Source: a virus
Reading direction: 5' to 3' (one strand)
DNA: 64,000 nt
Virus record (IMG/VR): IMGVR_UViG_3300027973_000043
Location: 1 to 64,000 of that record
The translations under genes were made by a program, and so were the position numbers. Below, piece by piece: positions 59,278 through 64,000 of the stretch (its first letter is position 1; each line of letters begins with the position of its first letter). Below the pieces are notes generated by a model. The model ran no database searches and was not told where the DNA came from. It saw nothing but the letters and a program-made list of their open reading frames with translations.

Positions 59278-60621
59278 TTATTCGGTTTGTGAACTTTCAA
59301 CAGTTTCAATATCAACTTCACCAGAGTCAAGTTGCTTGCTTTCATTTTCTAAAAAGTTAAAGCTCTTTAATTTGTAAACTTCCCAGCTATTAGGAATGTC
59401 TTTTCTTAACACAATACCTTCCGCCCATACGTCCTTCTGACAAAGTTTACACTTCTTTTCAAGATAATCTCGAATGAGGTTATTTAAGAAGTTTTCGTGC
59501 CAATGTTTTTCTGTAGAAAGTTCAGGATATAAATCCTTAGCTTTACCACTATAATGAAGAAGAGGAGTCTTTAAACCATAACGAGTACAATATTCCGTCA
59601 TTTGAGATGGTGAAAGCTCAAAAACATCACCATCGGTATTTGTATAAGTCATTCGATAAACAAAATAATCAAGAGAGCCTTGTGGACAAGAATAATCGTA
59701 ATCGCGCTGAATCATACTTCCAGTTGGAGTATAACCAACAATTTCGCCGTAAGCTGAATAACCCTTTTTTAAATGTGGATAAAGCTTGTCTGCAACAATC
59801 TTCCAAACATCAGTATCATAAAAATTGTTATTTTCTTTACCATTATCCATGATTTTATTTTTGATAACGCTACGAGAACTATAGATTAATCCGTATTCGG
59901 TTTCAACTACATTCAATCTAAGAAATTTACCAATTTTATCAAGAAGTGAAAGCTTCTTTTTAACAATAACATTAGAAACTACAAAAGAAGTACCATGATA
60001 CTTTTCGGTAATATTGATAAAATCATCTGGATTAATTTTATCAATATTACGCTTCAACTGTTCAGTAGAAGGATGGAAATGGAATTGATTTTCAACAAGA
60101 CGAGAAATGTATTTCTTAACATTACCTCTTGTCTTTTTCTTACCAGCTTCACCAAAGTTTCGCATTCCTTTTGGAATGTATTTCTTGCAAAAATAGTGTT
60201 CAAAGAAAAGGTCAAAATCACTTCCGACATATTTTTCAGTGATTTCAATCTTTTGATTCAAAATATCTTTAGCAAAAGATTCAAGCAGAGAAACAGGAAC
60301 TATATATCCTTCAGATTTTTCACCACGTAATTTTACTGCTTTTACTCTAGAATTTTCTTCAAACAGACCTTTTTGTTCTTTAATACGATTAAGTTCTTTA
60401 TCACGAAAAGAGTTTGTGTAAGAAAGAAACTCTTTTGAGATTGCACACTCAAGAGGAAAATAACAATAAATTCCATTTTCAGCATTAATACCAGTAATAA
60501 CATTATTACCGAAAAGAGATGTTACTTTGAGCTTATCAGCATTAGAATGCTGACGAAAATTTTCGATTTTAACAATAGATGCTAAATAATTAGGACTGTG
60601 ATTTTGTGATTTATTGAACAT
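59278..60621 (-). CDS. RNA ligase (DRB0094/Rnl2-like) with an N-terminal OB domain
   Basis: HSNADKL, KLRGEKSEG, TEKYHGTS (motif I), YGEIVG, EGIVLR, KLKS. Confidence 0.85.
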   Translation of the reverse strand: MFNKSQNHSPNYLASIVKIENFRQHSNADKLKVTSLFGNNVITGINAENGIYCYFPLECAISKEFLSYTNSFRDKELNRIKEQKGLFEENSRVKAVKLRGEKSEGYIVPVSLLESFAKDILNQKIEITEKYVGSDFDLFFEHYFCKKYIPKGMRNFGEAGKKKTRGNVKKYISRLVENQFHFHPSTEQLKRNIDKINPDDFINITEKYHGTSFVVSNVIVKKKLSLLDKIGKFLRLNVVETEYGLIYSSRSVIKNKIMDNGKENNNFYDTDVWKIVADKLYPHLKKGYSAYGEIVGYTPTGSMIQRDYDYSCPQGSLDYFVYRMTYTNTDGDVFELSPSQMTEYCTRYGLKTPLLHYSGKAKDLYPELSTEKHWHENFLNNLIRDYLEKKCKLCQKDVWAEGIVLRKDIPNSWEVYKLKSFNFLENESKQLDSGEVDIETVESSQTE

Positions 60622-60662
60622 ACTACACTATAATAAAGGTTAAATTTTTGTCAATGTTTATT

Positions 60663-61172
60663 CTATAATTTATGAGAAACTTCTTCTAAAAGCATTTCTT
60701 TAGACTCAATTTTTATGTTTTTTGATAATTTGGTAAAAGGTGCATAAAAAGAATCAGTTGCAAATTTTTCTGAAACTTCGAGAATTTCTCTTTCATATTC
60801 TACAGTTGCATTTATTTTGTAGTATTTATAAAATACAATTTCTCTTGGATCAGAGATTTTTACACATTCATAATTCTCAAAAACGTAGCAACATGATTCA
60901 TCACTAATAATGTTGATAATATCAATTACACGAACAAGACTATTTTTCTTTTTAGCAGCTTTGCCAAGCCGAATTAAAAGTTTTTTAAAACGACGTGAAT
61001 CATTATTTTCAAATTTTAAAATACGTTCTAAATTATTTTCATTAGCACAATAAGCACCATATTGAAAAAAGAATTTTTTAATTTCATTTATTCTATCTAA
61101 AAATAGAATGTTTCTTCTCTGAAGATCTTTTTTTAGGTGTTTTAGTTTACGTTTAAATGGAATATCTTTCAT
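60663..61172 (-). CDS. Hypothetical protein
   Basis: ORF track. Confidence 0.5.
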   Translation of the reverse strand: MKDIPFKRKLKHLKKDLQRRNILFLDRINEIKKFFFQYGAYCANENNLERILKFENNDSRRFKKLLIRLGKAAKKKNSLVRVIDIINIISDESCCYVFENYECVKISDPREIVFYKYYKINATVEYEREILEVSEKFATDSFYAPFTKLSKNIKIESKEMLLEEVSHKL

Positions 61173-61322
61173 TAGTTTAAAGTTCTATTGTTCCAGACAT
61201 TAATTGCTTCTGAGTGCCATTCTTTTGGTATAAGCATTGTTTCATTTTCTTTTGAAACAGCATAAATTTCTTCTCCAACAAAAAGCAAAACTATTTTCTT
61301 GGAGAAGAAATTAAAAATGAAA

Positions 61323-61535
61323 TTACCTTTTTCCATTTTTGGATTTATCAATCTGACTTGGATGCCTTTTGGTAATTTTCCAAGTTCGCACATTGTTTCG
61401 CTTTTTACGATCAATTGCTACTGCTGGTTCTTGAAAAGCATAAGCACCATGGTTAATTTTAGTAACGGTTGTGCCTGCTCCACCATTACAGGAAGCTAGA
61501 CCAAGTTTCTTTAGTTGTTTTTGTTGTTTATTCAT
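61323..61535 (-). CDS. Small basic hypothetical protein
   Basis: ORF track. Confidence 0.45.
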   Translation of the reverse strand: MNKQQKQLKKLGLASCNGGAGTTVTKINHGAYAFQEPAVAIDRKKRNNVRTWKITKRHPSQIDKSKNGKR

Positions 61536-61553
61536 TTTATTAAAAATTAAAAT

Positions 61554-61946
61554 TTATTCTGTCCACAGTATACTCTTAAAATTAAGACTGTCAAGAATCT
61601 TTTGACAATTACCACAAGGTTTCGCCATCATTGGTTCTCCACTTTTTGAAAGACGAACATTAAAAAGTACCAATCCTGAAAAATCACTGTTTCCGAAGCG
61701 ATTAATATACTCACGAATTGCTACAATTTCAGAATGAAATCCAGCTACATATTTTTTAGAATTTTCTTTTAATGCGGTATAATGTCCAAACTTATGATAA
61801 GGATGTAATTTATCATAAGAATTAACACCTGTAATAAAAAGTTGATTTTTATTCAAAATGTAAGAGAAATGTAAGTTTCTACCAGTTCTCAAATTTTGAA
61901 GACTTTTAGAAATTTCAATTAACCTTTGACGGCGATAAGAATTCAT
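61554..61946 (-). CDS. Zn-dependent deaminase-fold protein
   Basis: HSE ... AKPCGNC. Confidence 0.8.
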   Translation of the reverse strand: MNSYRRQRLIEISKSLQNLRTGRNLHFSYILNKNQLFITGVNSYDKLHPYHKFGHYTALKENSKKYVAGFHSEIVAIREYINRFGNSDFSGLVLFNVRLSKSGEPMMAKPCGNCQKILDSLNFKSILWTE

Positions 61947-62118
61947 TATTTTACACTTTTATAAGCTTGCATATAGTAAATACAATCAGGAAACTCAGGT
62001 TCTTCTGAGTTTATTGCAGCATACATACCTTCTGTTTGCATTTTCTTAATGTATTCAGGGGATACTTCGATTTCGATTAATGTTTCGTTCATATATTTTG
62101 TTTAAATGAGAAGTGAGG

Positions 62119-62496
62119 TTATTGCAAATTTTTAATGTTGTCAAGATTTTTCTTTGCTTTTTCGAAAAATGTTAAACTGCCTTTAATGCCAGAGCTATAT
62201 CGAAAATAAAAATTTTTGTTATTTCTAATAACAAATCGAAGTAATCTTTTACCATATCCTTTTTTTCGGTAATTAGGTTTGATAAAAATTCCAACATTTA
62301 CATCAAAAAAATTATTTAATACTAAACAAGAACCAATTGGTTTTTCGTTTTCATATAAAATATAAATTGATTTTACTTCATAAAAATTTTCTTTCAACCA
62401 TGTTGAAAAACTCCATGTTGGAACATATAGATAATTTTTATGAATTATTTTTTTAGCTTCATTTAATTTTTCATTAGAGTATTTTTTAATTTTCAC
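62119..62496 (-). CDS. GNAT acetyltransferase
   Basis: IFIKPNYRKKGYGKRLL motif A. Confidence 0.8.
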   Translation of the reverse strand: MKIKKYSNEKLNEAKKIIHKNYLYVPTWSFSTWLKENFYEVKSIYILYENEKPIGSCLVLNNFFDVNVGIFIKPNYRKKGYGKRLLRFVIRNNKNFYFRYSSGIKGSLTFFEKAKKNLDNIKNLQ

Positions 62497-62642
62497 TATA
62501 GAATTTGTTTTTGTTTTTGTTTTTGTTTTCGGAAGACACCGAAGGATAAGCTTTTTAAGCGTCTGTGCAAGTTATTTTTTTTAGTTTTTAGTTTTTGGTC
62601 AAAAACTGTTGACAAGTAAAGAAAATATTATATTATAGAAAT

Positions 62643-62864
62643 ATGAAAATTTGCACTTTTTCTGAAACAAATGCTTCATTTTTTGAAGCAGAATATTCAA
62701 ATGGTATCAATGCTAGTAAAGAAGTATCTGTTCATGGTGTAGAAATAACCAATAATCAATTATTTTTTAGAGGATATGATGACAACGGCATTCTTCATAA
62801 AATGAATCCACTGCATTTATTTTCAAAGGAAACAGGTAAGCAAATGATTAACACATTCGTATAA
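62643..62864 (+). CDS. Hypothetical protein, early promoter
   Basis: TTGACA(62609)-N16-TATTAT-N6-ATG. Confidence 0.6.
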   Translation: MKICTFSETNASFFEAEYSNGINASKEVSVHGVEITNNQLFFRGYDDNGILHKMNPLHLFSKETGKQMINTFV

Positions 62865-63145
62865 ATTTATGTCAACCACATTACAATTAAAAGAACAGTT
62901 CCGTTACTCAATTTTTGATTGCCAATCAAAAAAAGAGTGGTATCAAGTATCCAAGCCCCGCAAGACTTCCAAATTTTGGAAAGATAGTTATGTTGTGTGG
63001 GATAATTTAAACAACAAGAAAGTAAACTAATGAAAAAGAATTCTAGTGGTTTTATTCATTCTTTGGAAACCAATGAAGTCTAAATGGTATTCAAAAATTT
63101 GGTAAACTGGTTAACATTCCCTATAATTTACGGTATAATTTGAAT

Positions 63146-64000
63146 ATGAAAATCGAAACAAAAATAAATGATTTGAAGAACTTCCTTATCTTGAAAGAAA
63201 CAAAGATTAAGTTGGAACGCCATACTAACAAAGCCAAAGATCAATTTGAATTCGCTCTTTCCCAAGATAAGAAAGACGATAAGCTTGTTGAGACTATTAA
63301 TCTAGTCAGGTCTTTCAAATCAGACTTTTATAAACAAGAGACTGCATTTAAGAAAATTCCTAAAGAACGTCGTGATTTAGTCTACCTAACTCATAAATGG
63401 GCACTTGATGTTGCTAAACAGGTGTGTTATATGGGAAGATGTTATTCGGGTGATACGTCTTTTTATTACTCTATTATTGATGGTCCTTCTGATGCACATA
63501 CAACGACTGATAGTGGAGATCAATATTCCCGTAAATGCACGTTTCGTAAAACTGATGCATCACATAATGTAAAAATTGATGCGAATGATATTCCTTTTAT
63601 GTGGGAAAATCAAAATGTGATGAAACTTTCGGATAGTGATGGATTACCGTTGATTTCTTTTAAACCTAATGGACAAGCTGTTTGGGTGCAAACAAAGGTT
63701 AAGTCTATCGTGGCAGTAAATGGTTGGATTTGTTGGAATGAGACAATGTGTTATCATTCTACTAAATCCTATGCTGATGCAGAAAAAGGATTATCTAAGA
63801 AGATCAAACTTGCACAGGAAGAACGTAAACGCCAGATCAATGCTAAGAAAGAAGATCGTAGAGCAAGGCTTATTGCACGTCTATGTAAGAATGTTAATGC
63901 GACGTTTGAAGATGCTCGTTCTTTGGGATATTGTGAACCAGGAATCCGTAGTTTTCAACAAACATATAATATCAGTAATCAAGCAACATTGCAAGAATTG
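63146..64000 (+). CDS. Hypothetical protein, truncated by the window end
   Basis: Hand-translated open frame MKIETKIND ... DARSLGYCEPGIRSF. Confidence 0.7.
   Translation, partial: MKIETKINDLKNFLILKETKIKLERHTNKAKDQFEFALSQDKKDDKLVETINLVRSFKSDFYKQETAFKKIPKERRDLVYLTHKWALDVAKQVCYMGRCYSGDTSFYYSIIDGPSDAHTTTDSGDQYSRKCTFRKTDASHNVKIDANDIPFMWENQNVMKLSDSDGLPLISFKPNGQAVWVQTKVKSIVAVNGWICWNETMCYHSTKSYADAEKGLSKKIKLAQEERKRQINAKKEDRRARLIARLCKNVNATFEDARSLGYCEPGIRSFQQTYNISNQATLQEL

Noticed and set aside
2086-61499. Many short antisense or nested ORFs in the track (e.g. 2086, 7199, 10431, 39853, 42001, 45562, 59995)
   Set aside because: They lie inside well-supported genes and show no motifs, so they are shadow ORFs.
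1-64000. Stop-codon reassignment, as seen in some jumbo phages
   Set aside because: Long conserved genes (nrdA, nrdB, rIIA, the 1780-aa gene) are intact in the standard code, and TAA, TAG and TGA all end genes.
1-64000. tRNA or rRNA genes
   Set aside because: No cloverleaf or rRNA-like segment was recognised in the intergenic gaps by eye; tRNAscan-SE would be decisive.

Overview
AT-rich, gene-dense segment of a large T4-like (jumbo-type) phage genome read in the standard genetic code. Phage markers: tail-tube-like gene, large virion-type proteins, RNase H/5'-3' exonuclease, clamp loader, nrdAB, rIIA/rIIB, thyX, RNA ligase and IF-1. Two DUF1501 genes and a DUF1549/DUF1553 gene suggest a Planctomycetes/Verrucomicrobia (PVC) host (inference). 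Main points of interest: (1) a phage-borne exported DUF1501 x2 + DUF1549/1553 CxxCH module; (2) a clamp loader gene split by a naturally split intein around a free-standing endonuclease; (3) a DIP1984-like gene followed by a candidate structured RNA enclosing a 7-nt periodic array; (4) an IS607 element with a DNA methyltransferase between tnpA and tnpB; (5) unrelated proteins sharing a T4-like capsid-targeting leader; (6) near-leaderless early and late promoters; (7) an HNH element that appears to have replaced the 3' end of its target gene. No tRNA, rRNA or CRISPR array was seen. All family calls come from reading motifs by eye, not from database searches.
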